A DNA stretch of 64,000 bases, taken from NCBI GenBank assembly GCA_963707215.1, contig CAVPPB010000004.1, positions 32,001 through 96,000 of the forward strand, written 5' to 3'. The first letter of the stretch is position 1, and every line of letters begins with the position of its first letter. This DNA is from an uncultured Chloroflexia bacterium (GTDB lineage: Bacteria > Chloroflexota > Limnocylindria > Limnocylindrales > CSP1-4). A program made the position numbers and the translations under genes. Shown piece after piece: positions 24,717-34,806 of this stretch. Below the pieces are notes generated by a model that was not told the DNA's origin, ran no database searches, and worked only from the letters and a program-made list of their open reading frames with translations.

Positions 24717-25408
24717 CTACTCGTCCTTCTTGGTGGTGCGGCGCCGGCGCTTGGGAGCGGCGGGGGCGCTCTGGTCGGCGGCCTCGGCGGGGCGGCTCGG
24801 CGGGGGCGGCCTCGGCAGGGGCGGCCTCGGCGGGGGCGGCTCGGCGGCGCCTCGGCCGTCTCCTCGGCGGGCTCACTGGGCTTCTCTTCGGCCGGCCCGG
24901 TCGGGGCGGCGGCCTTGGCGGCCCGGCTCCGGGTGCGCTTGGGTGCGGCCGGCTCGGCCTTGGTCTCGCGGGCCGCGAGCTTGGCCGCGAGCTCGGCGTC
25001 CGCGGCGGCCTGCTTGGCGGCCGCCTCTTCGAGACGCTGGCGCTCGGTCTTCTTCGCTTCGCCGGCCTTGGCCTCCTCGGACGCCGCGCTGCGGCCTCCG
25101 AAGGTGATGTCGGAGACCCGCAGGACGGTCAGCTCCTGGCGATGACCCTTCTTGACCCGCCGGCGGGCCTTCGGGCGGTACTTGAAGACGATGACCTTGT
25201 CGGCGCGGGCCTGGCGGACCACTTCTGCGCTCACCGAGGCTCCCTCGACGAGCGGCCGGCCGATGGCGGCCTCGTCACCGTCGGCGACGAGGAGGACCCG
25301 GTCGAGGGTGATCGAGCCGCCCGGCTCCGTGTCGAGGTACTCGACCTCGAGAACGGTCCCGACCTCGACCCGATACTGCTTCCCGCCGGTCTCGATGACT
25401 GCGTACAT
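24717..25408 (-). CDS. rplU: 50S ribosomal protein L21 with a long Ala/Glu/Pro/Lys-rich C-terminal extension (indels in the tail)
   Basis: [12 protein letters not shown]...KKGHRQ. The tail most plausibly ends ...RRTTKKDE* at 24717 after frameshifts near 24790-24850. Confidence 0.9.
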
Positions 25409-25496
25409 GGATCCTCGGATGGCGCTGGCGGCCGCGTCCGGCGGCCGCGTCATGGACGTGGGGACGCACCTCGGCAGGTCCGAGGCGCGAAGAGGG

Positions 25497-25525
25497 AGTG
25501 TACGGCCGGCGCCCGGGCGCGTCAA
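25497..25525 (-). promoter_or_regulatory. Sigma70-type promoter of rplU-rpmA-rpmE (TTGACG-N17-TACACT)
   Basis: Near-consensus -35 and -10 boxes with 17-nt spacing. Confidence 0.8.
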
Positions 25526-25596
25526 CGACCTCGGACGCGCGAGCAGACCCGCCATCGGGGCCGGGATCCGGCGCTCGACCGCATCGGGAGCCAGGA

Positions 25597-26286
25597 TCAG
25601 GCCAGCTCGAGCGCCGTCCGACGGCCCTCGACGATCCGGAGGCGCCTGCCCGAGGCTTCCCCGAGCGCCGCGACGACCTCGTCCGGCCGGCCCGTCCCAA
25701 GCTGGGGATCGACCCTGAGTCGCATCCGGAGCACGGCCCGACCCGATCGGCCGTGCGGGTCGCCCTCAGCGGTCAGCTCGAGCAGGAACGGGCGGAGGTC
25801 GTAGGGCACGATCCGGTCGACCTTGGTCCGCTCGCGCGGAAGGTGCTCGGCGGCGGACAACCGATCGACAGCGGGGACGAGGTCGTCCAGGAGCGGACGC
25901 CGCTCGTCGTCCACCGAGACCACGAGGCGGTAGACGGCCGAGGCGACGCTCGCGGGCAGGGAGGGAGCGCCGAGCCAGACGTCGTGAAGATCGACCAGCG
26001 CATGGCCGGGTGGCATCGTCGCCTCGAGGGCCGAGCGGACCTCGGCCCGGGTCCTTCGCTTGGACAGCATGAACTCGATGGGTTCGGCATCGGCGACCAT
26101 GCCGACCGGCAGGGGGACCGAGGCCGCGATGCGCGGTCGGGGCCGGTCCGTGCCAGTCATCGCGACCGGCAGACCCGTCCCGGCCAGGGCCGTCTCCCAG
26201 GCCACCAGCTCGTCACGCTGGGACAGCCCGGTCGCGTCGAGGCCGCGGCGGTAGAAGATCCGCCAACGCTGGACGGCGGTGGTCAT
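25597..26286 (-). CDS. TIGR03936/DUF2344-family radical SAM-associated protein
   Basis: QRWRIFYRR...LSQRDELVAWE...RPRIAASVPLPVG...GRPDEV. Start at ATG 26286 after AAGGGAGG. Confidence 0.8.
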   Translation of the reverse strand: MTTAVQRWRIFYRRGLDATGLSQRDELVAWETALAGTGLPVAMTGTDRPRPRIAASVPLPVGMVADAEPIEFMLSKRRTRAEVRSALEATMPPGHALVDLHDVWLGAPSLPASVASAVYRLVVSVDDERRPLLDDLVPAVDRLSAAEHLPRERTKVDRIVPYDLRPFLLELTAEGDPHGRSGRAVLRMRLRVDPQLGTGRPDEVVAALGEASGRRLRIVEGRRTALELA

Positions 26287-26328
26287 CGGTCTCGGGGGCC
26301 CTCCCTTGCTCTGGTAGTCTGCGCCACG

Positions 26329-27691
26329 ATGGAGGAGGGCGCCCGCCCCACGCCGCCCGTGCGCCGGGTACGGTTGCCGACCCCGCAGGTCGCGCTGGCG
26401 GTGCTGGCGGTCGTCGTCGTGGCCTTGCTCCTGTACCAGGGCGGCGACGCTCTCGGACCGTTCGTCATCGGGCTCCTGCTCGCCTACATCCTCGATCCGG
26501 TCGTCACCTTCCTGAACCGGCGACTTCGGATCCCGCGCTGGATCGGCATCCTCGCCCTCTACGTCGTCATCGTGGCGGTGCTCGTCCTCGTCGGCAGGAT
26601 CACCATCCTCGCCCTCGTCGAGCAGGTGGCAGCCTTCGTCGATCAGCTCCCCGAGCTCGTCCGCCAATGGGTCGCAGCCGTCCAGGAGTTCGTTGGGGGG
26701 CTCGCCTGGCTCTCACAGGGCGTTCGCGACGAGATCGCCCTCCAGCTCGACCAGCTGGTCGCCTCGCTGACCGGCGAGGGTCCACGGCCCGGCCTCGACG
26801 AGCTCGCGGGCTTCCTCCAGCTGTTCCAGTTCGCCGGGCCGATCGCCCGGGTCGCGACCGCCGTCGTGGCCTACTTCATCATCCCGATCTTCGTCTTCTA
26901 CGTCCTCAAGGACCGGCCGGCGCTGGTCGCCGGCGCCATGGCGGCCCTGCCCGAGTCGTGGCAGCCTGACGTCCGGGCGCTCGGCCGGGTGATCGAGCGG
27001 GTCTTCGGGCGCTGGCTGCGGGGTCAGCTGCTCCTGGGGCTCGTCGTCGGCGTCGCGACGTTCGTCGGTCTCGAGCTGCTCGGGCTCTTCGTCGACCCGG
27101 TCTTCGCCCACTTCGCCGTGCTTCCTGGCCATCATCGCCGGCGTCCTTGAGCTGGTCCCGATCATCGGCCCGATCATCGCCGCCATCCCGGCGCTGATCC
27201 TCGGGGCGACCGGTGGCCTCGACGCCATGGTCGCCGTGCTCCTGCTCTACCTCCGCGTCCAGCAGCTCGAGAACAACTTCCTGGTGCCCAAGATCCAGGG
27301 CGACGCCGTCGACCTCCACCCATCGCTCGTGCTCTTCGTCATCGTGCTGGGCGGTGCCCTCGGCGGCCTGCTCGGGGCGATCCTGGCGATCCCGGTCACG
27401 GCGACCGGACGGGACGTCCTGCGGTACCTGTTCATGCGGACCGCGCCCGAACCGGTCCCGGTAGCGGAGGCAGAGGCACGGGCGCTCCGGCCGGCGGCCT
27501 GGCGTCGCGCCCAGGCGAGGTCGGCGAGCGGCGGCCCCGAGACCGGGCGTGACGATGAGCCGACACCGGCCCAGGGAGTGGCGCCGGGCCGGAGCCCACC
27601 CTCGGCAACGCCGCCACCGAGGGGGCCGCGCCGGACCGGGCGCCGAGCCCGGGCCCGGACGCGACACATCGTCCTGAGGGGCCCTCGATGA
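26329..27691 (+). CDS. AI-2E family transporter with a 1-nt frameshift near 27123
   Basis: Motifs LAYILDPVV, FYVLKD, WLRGQL, ELVPIIGP, QQLENNFLVPKIQG and LHP. Confidence 0.85.
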
Positions 27692-28352
27692 CCTTCGAGC
27701 CAGCCGGCCAGACCGACCACTACAAGATCCTGCAGGTCGATCCCGAGGCCGATCCCGAGGTGATCCAGGCCGCCTACCACCGCCTCGCCCGCAAGTTCCA
27801 TCCTGACGTCGGCGGGTCGGCCGACGCGGAGCGGATGGCTCGCCTCAACCTGGCCTGGGAGGTCCTCCGCGACCCGGACCGCCGCGCCGCCTACGACCGA
27901 GCTCGGGCCAGGGCGGCCGTCCCGGTCACCGAGCGACTCCTCCCGTCCGGGGGCCGAAGCTGCGTCCGCGGCCGGTCCGGGTCGGGATCCGCACGGGCCT
28001 GCCGGAGCTGCCCAGGCCCGCCCGGCCGAGACCGTCTCACCCCACTGGACCAGCGGGCGCTCGTCGTCCGGTGGCGGGTACGACCCGTCGACCATGCGGA
28101 GCGCCGAGGGACAGGGCGCTGCCGGTCCGCCACCGGGCAAGCCGTCCGGCACCGTCCTCGGTTTCGGCCGCTACGCCGGCTGGTCCCTCGGCGAGATCGC
28201 CCGCGTGGACCTGGAGTACGTGGAGTGGCTCGACCGAGCGCCGATCGGCCGGGCCTACCGGGACGAGATCGATGCCCTCCTGCGCAAGGCGGGTCGGCGA
28301 CGCGCGGCCCGCCCCGGCGAGACGTGAGCGGCGAGGGCTCTTCCGCCGCTGA
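27688..28352 (+). CDS. DnaJ (J-domain) protein with a C-terminal FGRY.GW.L domain, frameshifted in the linker (end 28327 or 28352)
   Basis: DHYKILQV...RKFHPD...LNLAWEVLRDPDRRAAYD. The C-terminal module is in ORF 28094..28327. Confidence 0.75.
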
Positions 28353-28421
28353 CGACGCCGGACAGCGAGCCGGGATCCGACCCGATCACCCGGCGCTTCC
28401 GACCGCTCGGGACTGCCGGAT

Positions 28422-29681
28422 CTACGCCGCCTTGGGCTCCGGGTCGTGCGCGTGGATCCGCTCCTCGACCGCCTTCGGGATCGCCCAGTTCAGCAGGAAC
28501 GGGGCCACGACGGTCGTCAGGACGACCGCGACCAGCACGGCGCTGAAGAGGTCCTCGGTCAGGACGCCGGCCGCGAGGCCGAGGGTGACCACGACGATGC
28601 CGACCTCGCCCCGTGGCACCATCCCGATCCCCACGGCGATCGAGCCCCACCGCCCCAGCCGCCGGGCGCCCAGGATCCCGCCGAGCGCCTTGGTGATGAC
28701 GCCGAGCACCGCGAGCACGATGGCCAGCACGACCACTCCGGGGTCGAGCAACGCGCTCAGGTCGAGCTGGGCCCCGGTGAAGGCGAAGAAGAACGGGGTG
28801 AAGATCGAGGCCAGCGGCCTGATCTCGTGCTCGAGCTCCTCGCGCGCCTCCGTCTCGGCCACGATGAGGCCGGCGACGAACGCCCCGATGATGGCGGCCA
28901 GGCCGACGAAGACGGCCAGCAGCGAGAACGCCAGCATCATCAGGAACGCGGGCACCAGCGGCGTGTCGGCGAACAGGGGCCAGGTGAAGGCCTCGCGCTT
29001 GACGCCCCTTGCCCGCCGGGCGATCGCGAAGCCGAGGATCACCAGGGCGACGCCGGCGACGGCAGCGACGAACGTCGAGGCGGAGAGGTCGCCTTCGACG
29101 AGACCCGAGACGATGCCGATGAGCACAAGGGCCAGCACGTCGTCGATGACGGCTGCGCCCAGCACGACCCTGGCGAAGGCGCGGTCGAGCACGTTCATGT
29201 CGGCAAGGACCCGACTCGTGATGCCGATGCTCGTGGCGGCCAGGGCCAGGCCGATGAAGGCCGCGGTGCCGAACGGCTCGCCGACGGCGACACCGACCGC
29301 GAAGCCGGCGGCGATCGGCAGCACCATCGCGATGAGGGCGGTCAGGACGGCCGGACGGCCGACCGCGAAGAGGTCGTCCAGACGGACCTCCAGGCCGACC
29401 GCGAAGAGCAGGATGACGACGCCGATCTCAGCGAAGACAGCCGCGGTCTCCCCGGGCTCCGGCAGGCCGATGAGACCGCCCAGGGCGAACGGCCCCACGA
29501 TGAAGCCGCCCACCAGCTCCCCGATGACGGCGGGCTGGCCGAGGCGGCGCGCGGCCTCCTCTCCCAACTTGGCCGCGAGCAGAAGGAGGAAGAGGCCGAA
29601 CAGGACCTCCGTCGGGGCGGCCGACGCGGACAGGCTGATCGGGTCGGCCGGGAGACCATCAAGGATGCTGGCGAAGGGCAC
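28422..29681 (-). CDS. Cation:proton antiporter (CPA2/NapA-like)
   Basis: Motifs GQPAVIGEL, LFAVGLE, ATSIGIT, AAVIDD and GMVPRGE. Confidence 0.9.
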   Translation of the reverse strand: MPFASILDGLPADPISLSASAAPTEVLFGLFLLLLAAKLGEEAARRLGQPAVIGELVGGFIVGPFALGGLIGLPEPGETAAVFAEIGVVILLFAVGLEVRLDDLFAVGRPAVLTALIAMVLPIAAGFAVGVAVGEPFGTAAFIGLALAATSIGITSRVLADMNVLDRAFARVVLGAAVIDDVLALVLIGIVSGLVEGDLSASTFVAAVAGVALVILGFAIARRARGVKREAFTWPLFADTPLVPAFLMMLAFSLLAVFVGLAAIIGAFVAGLIVAETEAREELEHEIRPLASIFTPFFFAFTGAQLDLSALLDPGVVVLAIVLAVLGVITKALGGILGARRLGRWGSIAVGIGMVPRGEVGIVVVTLGLAAGVLTEDLFSAVLVAVVLTTVVAPFLLNWAIPKAVEERIHAHDPEPKAA

Positions 29682-29696
29682 CGGCGTGGACCTCCC

Positions 29697-30962
29697 TCAG
29701 GTCAGATAGCGGAACCAGACATAGACGCTGCTCAAGGCGAGTGACAGCACCGTCACCGGGATACCGTACCGCACGAACATCCGGAAGCTGATCGGGTGCC
29801 CGGCTCGGCTCGCCATCCCCGAGGCTACGACATTCGCCGAGGCGCCCACGATGGTCGCATTGCCGCCGAGGCAGGCCCCCAGGGCCAGTGCCCACCAGAG
29901 CGGCTCGATCGGGATGCCGGCGTCCCCGAGCTCGAAGACGACCGGGATCATCGTCGCCGTGTAGGGGATGTTGTCGATGATCGCGGAGGCGACACCCGAG
30001 AACCAGAGCAGGCCGATCGTGGTCAGAGCCGGGTCGCCACCGGTCAGCTCGAGGAGTGTGTCTGCGATCTGCGCGACGATGCCGGCAGCGACGATGCCCT
30101 CGACGACGATGAACAGGCCCACGAAGAACGCGATCGTCGGCCACTCCACCTCGTCGAGTGCGGCATGGATGTCGCGCCGGGTCACCAGCAGGAGGATCGT
30201 GGCGCCGGCCAGGGCGATCGTGGCCGGCTCGATCCCGAGCGTCCCACCGAGCAGGAAGCCGACGATCGTAAGGCCCAGCACGGCGAGGGAGCGGCGGAGC
30301 AGGTCGAAGTCGGTGATGACCTGGTCTGCATCGAGCGAAGCCAACGCCGCGTCGATGTCGGCCGTCGACCGGACCGCCGGCCGCATGACCCAGCCGAGCC
30401 AGGCCAGCGAGACGACCAGGACGACGATGGCGATCGGCGCCATGTTCAGGAGGAAGTCCACGAAATCGAGGCCGGTCGCGGCGCCGATCAGGATGTTCGG
30501 CGGATCGCCGACCAGGGTGGCGGCCCCGCCGATGTTCGACGCCAGGATCTGGCTGATCAGGAATGGCAAGGGCGACACGCCGAGGGTCGCAGCCACGAAC
30601 AGGGTCACCGGGGCGATGAGGACGACGGTCGTGACGTTGTCCAGGAACGCCGAGAGCACGGCGGTGACCAACGAGAGGACGATGAGCAACCGGACCGGAT
30701 CGCCGCCGGCCGCGTGGACCGACCGGATGGCTACCCACTGGAAGAACCCTGTCTCGCGGAGGACGCCGGCGATGACCATCATCGAGGCCAGGAGGAGGAT
30801 GACGTCGAGCTCGACGGCCGCGAAGGCCTCCTCCTGCGCCACCACGCCGAGCACGACCATCGCGACACCGCCGGCGAGGGCGGCGACCGTCCGGTCGAGC
30901 CGCTCCGTCGCGATGATCGCGTACGTGACCAGGAAGACCGCCGCCGCGATCCAGGTGTCCAC
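29697..30962 (-). CDS. ArsB/NhaD/SLC13-family permease
   Basis: Motifs SAFLDNVTT, SNIGGAATLVGDPPN, IDNIPY and LGGNAT..GASAN. Confidence 0.9.
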   Translation of the reverse strand: MDTWIAAAVFLVTYAIIATERLDRTVAALAGGVAMVVLGVVAQEEAFAAVELDVILLLASMMVIAGVLRETGFFQWVAIRSVHAAGGDPVRLLIVLSLVTAVLSAFLDNVTTVVLIAPVTLFVAATLGVSPLPFLISQILASNIGGAATLVGDPPNILIGAATGLDFVDFLLNMAPIAIVVLVVSLAWLGWVMRPAVRSTADIDAALASLDADQVITDFDLLRRSLAVLGLTIVGFLLGGTLGIEPATIALAGATILLLVTRRDIHAALDEVEWPTIAFFVGLFIVVEGIVAAGIVAQIADTLLELTGGDPALTTIGLLWFSGVASAIIDNIPYTATMIPVVFELGDAGIPIEPLWWALALGACLGGNATIVGASANVVASGMASRAGHPISFRMFVRYGIPVTVLSLALSSVYVWFRYLT

Positions 30963-30972
30963 GCCGCTCTGG

Positions 30973-31518
30973 TCAGCCGCCCGCCGACCGCGGCGCGGCC
31001 GGGGGAAGCCCCGTCGTGGCCAGGTAGGCGAGCTCTAGTCGGTCCAGGTACCCGATCGGGTGACCCTCGGCGTCGATCATGTAGACCCCGGACAGTCCGT
31101 CCTTCAGCATCCGCCGGAAGGCGGCCACGACGCTCGCGTCGGGCGGGACGACGGCCGGTGGGAGCATGGCGTCACCCGCCGTGGACGATTCGAGGTGATG
31201 TCCGAATCGGGCCACGTCGTCGACCGATGCCAGGTCGGACATCAGGGCCTCCGGGATCGTGTTCGCGAGGACGTCCTCGACGAGGTCCCTGATGCGGATG
31301 ACGCCGACCATCACCCCGGCGTCGTCGACCACCCCGATCAGCCTGGTGGACGGCTGGCGGGCGGCCCGGCGAAGGACATCCAGGAGATCGTCGCCGACAT
31401 GGACGACCAGGGGCTCGATGTTGAGCAGCTGCACGCAGTCGGCCACCCGGGCCGATCGGTCGAGCCTGGCCTCGGCGTGGTCGGCATGCTCCGCGTGCTC
31501 GGGGGCGTCGTTCGTCAC
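30973..31518 (-). CDS. CBS-domain pair protein
   Basis: Two CBS-like repeats (VVDDAGVMVGVI..RDL and IDAEGHPIGYL). Confidence 0.8.
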   Translation of the reverse strand: MTNDAPEHAEHADHAEARLDRSARVADCVQLLNIEPLVVHVGDDLLDVLRRAARQPSTRLIGVVDDAGVMVGVIRIRDLVEDVLANTIPEALMSDLASVDDVARFGHHLESSTAGDAMLPPAVVPPDASVVAAFRRMLKDGLSGVYMIDAEGHPIGYLDRLELAYLATTGLPPAAPRSAGG

Positions 31519-31679
31519 GGGTCCCGTCCTCCCGACGTGGGCCGCCCGGAACGAACCAGCGCAAGGGCGTGCCCGCCCACGAGTCTAGCCTCGGAGGGCA
31601 GGCTGTCGCGGCCCGGATCCGAAGACGATCGCAGCGACCGCCTTGGCCCCGCGCTCGGGCGTATCTGCCCGAGGCGGCG

Positions 31680-32876
31680 TCACCATTCGGCTCGAGCCTG
31701 CCGGATGTTGATGCTCTGGATCACCCCAAGCGCGATGGCGATGCTGATCAGCGATGCGCCTCCGTGGGTCACGAAGGGCAGCGGGATACCGGTGATCGGC
31801 ATGATCCCGACGACCATCCCGACGTTGACGATCAACTGGAAGAGCAGCATCGATGCGACGCCGCTCGCGAAGAGGACGCCGAACGGATCCCGGGCTCGCC
31901 AGGCCGTCAGCAGGATGCGCCAGAGCAGGAGGACGAACAGGACGAACAGGACGATGCCGCCGACCAGACCCAGCTCCTCGGCCAGGATCGCGAACACGAA
32001 GTCCGTCTCCTGGACGGGCAGGAAGTCCAGCTGGTTCTGGGTCCCGTTGGTCAGACCCTTTCCCAGGACCCCTCCGGACCCGACGGCCACCTGGGCCTGG
32101 TAGAGCTGGTAGCCGGCGCCCTGGATGTCGGCGCCCGGGTCGAGGAAGGCGGTGATCCGCTCCTTCTGATAGTCACGGAGGATGTTCGACCAGACGAAGG
32201 GCAGCGCGGCGATCGAGCCGGCGGCCAGGAGCCCGAGCCACCGCATGCTGGCCCCGCTCATGAAGAGCATCCCGACAACGATGGCGCCGAAGACCAGTGA
32301 CGTGCCCAGATCCGGCTGCATGAGGACGAGGACCCACGGCGGCACGACCAGCAGGCAGGCGCCCAGGATGACCGCCAGTGAGTCGAGGCGATCGTGCCGG
32401 GCCGCCAGGTAGTTGGCGAGGACGGCGATCATGATGACCTTGGCCAGCTCGCTGAACTGGAACGAGATCGGGCCGAGGTAGATCCAGCGCTGTGCCCCGC
32501 CGATGCCGTCTCCGATGATGAGGGTCAGGCCGAGCAGGCCGAGATTCACGAGGTAGAGCGGCCAGGCGAAGGTCCGCAGCCAGCGGTAGTCGAAGGCCGT
32601 CGTGGCGGCGAAGGCAACGATCGCCAGGGCAGCCCAGAGCAGGCCCCGGGTGAAGGTCGAGCCGCTCTCGAGGGCCGAGTCGCCGCCGCTGATGCTGTTC
32701 GTATAGGCCATCACCAGACCGATCCCTAGCAGCAGGGCGGCGTAGACGGTCAGCTGGATGTCGTACAGGCGCCAGACGGCCCCTGCAGAACGACCGATCC
32801 AGGCCGACGCCCGCGCGGGCTCGGCACGCAGCGCGCCCATCAGCGGCTCGTCTCGGGGCAGCGGCCGGAGCCGCAC
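31680..32876 (-). CDS. rodA: Rod shape-determining SEDS protein RodA
   Basis: Motifs GAQRWI, QFSELAK, QPDLGT, TDFVFA..AEELG and PITGIPLPF. Start may be ATG 32840. Confidence 0.93.
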   Translation of the reverse strand: MRLRPLPRDEPLMGALRAEPARASAWIGRSAGAVWRLYDIQLTVYAALLLGIGLVMAYTNSISGGDSALESGSTFTRGLLWAALAIVAFAATTAFDYRWLRTFAWPLYLVNLGLLGLTLIIGDGIGGAQRWIYLGPISFQFSELAKVIMIAVLANYLAARHDRLDSLAVILGACLLVVPPWVLVLMQPDLGTSLVFGAIVVGMLFMSGASMRWLGLLAAGSIAALPFVWSNILRDYQKERITAFLDPGADIQGAGYQLYQAQVAVGSGGVLGKGLTNGTQNQLDFLPVQETDFVFAILAEELGLVGGIVLFVLFVLLLWRILLTAWRARDPFGVLFASGVASMLLFQLIVNVGMVVGIMPITGIPLPFVTHGGASLISIAIALGVIQSINIRQARAEW

Positions 32877-32886
32877 AGAGCGACCA

Positions 32887-34806
32887 TCAGTTGCCGTAGA
32901 AGTTGCCGCGCTCGAGGAGATCGACGCGCGTGTAGTCCTGCTTGATGTCGAAGCGGAGCTGCATCCACTTCTTGGCGATCTCGGTCGCCGCGTTGCCGCG
33001 CGTCCGAGAGTCGTAGGCGAACACGACGACGGCGAGCTCGGAATCGGTCCGGGCCATCGCCTTCATGCCGGTGGGATCGGCGGCGGTCCTGTAGGGCTCC
33101 TTCGGGATGAACCCGGCGAACCAGGAGTGGTACGGGAGCCGGCCCTTGCTGTCGCGGATCCCGAACTCGGCCGTGCCGGTCTTCGCGGCCACGACGATCG
33201 GCATGTCGACGAGGTTGTACGTGTGGCGGATCAGAACGACGTTGCGGGCTGCCTCACGCATCTCCCGAAGCACGGCGGGATCCACGTCCAGCTGGTGGCG
33301 GACCTTCGGCTCGAACTCCTGCGCGACCTCGCCGTCCGGACCGATGATCCGACGGACCACCGTCGGCTCGTACAGCGTGCCGCCATTGGCCAGGGCCGCG
33401 TACGCGTTGAGGAGCTGGATCGGCGTGACGACGTCGTAGCCCTGGCCGATCCCGGCGTGGTAGGTCTCGCCGGCGAAGATCGGCTGGCCGAGGGTGTCGA
33501 GTTTCCACTCATTCGTCGGGACGATCCCGGGCACCTCGCCGGGCAGGTCGATGCCCGTCCGCTCGCCAAAGCCGTACTGGTTCGCCCAGTAGCCCAGCCG
33601 GTCGATCCCGAGCATCCCGGCCAGCTGGAAGAAGTAGGTGTCGCTGGAGTGGCCGAAGCCGCAATCGAGATCGCAGGGACCCCAGCCTCGCCGGTTCCAC
33701 TCGTAGAACTTGGTGGATCCAAGGGTGAGGTAAGGCTTGGTCGGGACCTTCGTCGACGCCCTGACCTTGCCATCACCCAGCGCTCCGGTCCCGGTCACCA
33801 GCTTGTAGGTCGATCCGGGCGGGTAGTGGGCCGCGATCGCGTGGTTGAGCAGCGGCTTGTTCGGGTCCTGGAGCAGTTGCTGGTAGTCGGCGACGGAGAT
33901 GCCCCGGGCGAACAGGTTGTTGTCATAGCTCGGCAGGCTGACGAGCGCCAGGATCTCGCCGGTCTGGGGGTTCATCACCGCGACGACGCCGCGCTTGATC
34001 CCGACGATGTCCATGGCCCAGCGCATCGCCTCCTCGGCGTAGCGCTGTTCCTCGACATCGATCGACAGCTCGAGCGACGAGCCGGCGACGGCCGGACGGA
34101 TCGTCTGGAGGACCTGGAGCCGCTGCCCGCGTGCGTCGCGCTCGACCTCCTCGATGCCGTAGGTCCCTCGGAGCACCGGCTCGTAGGTCGCCTCCACACC
34201 GGCCACGCCGACAAGGTCGTCCGGCAGATAACCGCGCTTCTTGAGATCCGAATAGGCCTCGGGGCTCACCGGTCCGGTGTAGCCGAGGACCTGTGAGACG
34301 AGGGGGCCCAGCGGATACGAGCGGGTCGGCTCGACGACGACCGAGACCCCCGGCAGCTCGTCCGCGTGCTCGGCGATGAGCCGAGCCGTGTCCTCTGGCA
34401 CATCGCGGGCGATCCGGACCAGGTCGAAGCGTGACCCCGCGTTCGTGTCGATCGAGGCGTTGATGTCAGCGGGCTCCAGGCCGAGAAGCCCGCCCAGACG
34501 CCCGACGACCATCTGCCGACGGTCGAGCGGGAGATCGGCCGGGCGGACCTTGATCGAGTAGGTCGGGACGTTCGTGACGAGCTCGACGCCGTTGCGGTCG
34601 TAGATCAGCCCACGGGCCGACAGAACGGCCTGCTCGACCCGCCCGTTCCGCGCCGCGATACCGGCGAATTCGCCGCCCTGGATGACCTGTAGCTGGGTGA
34701 GCCGGGCCGTCAGCGCGCCGACCCCGATCACGACGGCCAGGCCGAACACGGCGAAGCGTACCGGGCGCCGCATCGCGCCCGCGTCGTCTGCGGTCCAGGT
34801 GCTCAC
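32887..34806 (-). CDS. mrdA: Penicillin-binding protein 2
   Basis: RGLIYDRNG, PPGSTYK (SxxK) and KTGTAE. GTG 34806 overlaps the mreD stop. Confidence 0.93.
   Translation of the reverse strand: MSTWTADDAGAMRRPVRFAVFGLAVVIGVGALTARLTQLQVIQGGEFAGIAARNGRVEQAVLSARGLIYDRNGVELVTNVPTYSIKVRPADLPLDRRQMVVGRLGGLLGLEPADINASIDTNAGSRFDLVRIARDVPEDTARLIAEHADELPGVSVVVEPTRSYPLGPLVSQVLGYTGPVSPEAYSDLKKRGYLPDDLVGVAGVEATYEPVLRGTYGIEEVERDARGQRLQVLQTIRPAVAGSSLELSIDVEEQRYAEEAMRWAMDIVGIKRGVVAVMNPQTGEILALVSLPSYDNNLFARGISVADYQQLLQDPNKPLLNHAIAAHYPPGSTYKLVTGTGALGDGKVRASTKVPTKPYLTLGSTKFYEWNRRGWGPCDLDCGFGHSSDTYFFQLAGMLGIDRLGYWANQYGFGERTGIDLPGEVPGIVPTNEWKLDTLGQPIFAGETYHAGIGQGYDVVTPIQLLNAYAALANGGTLYEPTVVRRIIGPDGEVAQEFEPKVRHQLDVDPAVLREMREAARNVVLIRHTYNLVDMPIVVAAKTGTAEFGIRDSKGRLPYHSWFAGFIPKEPYRTAADPTGMKAMARTDSELAVVVFAYDSRTRGNAATEIAKKWMQLRFDIKQDYTRVDLLERGNFYGN

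Noticed and set aside
24395-25555. L21 read-through or L21-L27 fusion ORFs
   Set aside because: Caused by indels in the repetitive L21 tail. rpmA has its own canonical MAHKK start.
27688-29709. 673-aa DnaJ ORF
   Set aside because: After the J-domain it drifts out of frame and runs antisense to the antiporter gene.
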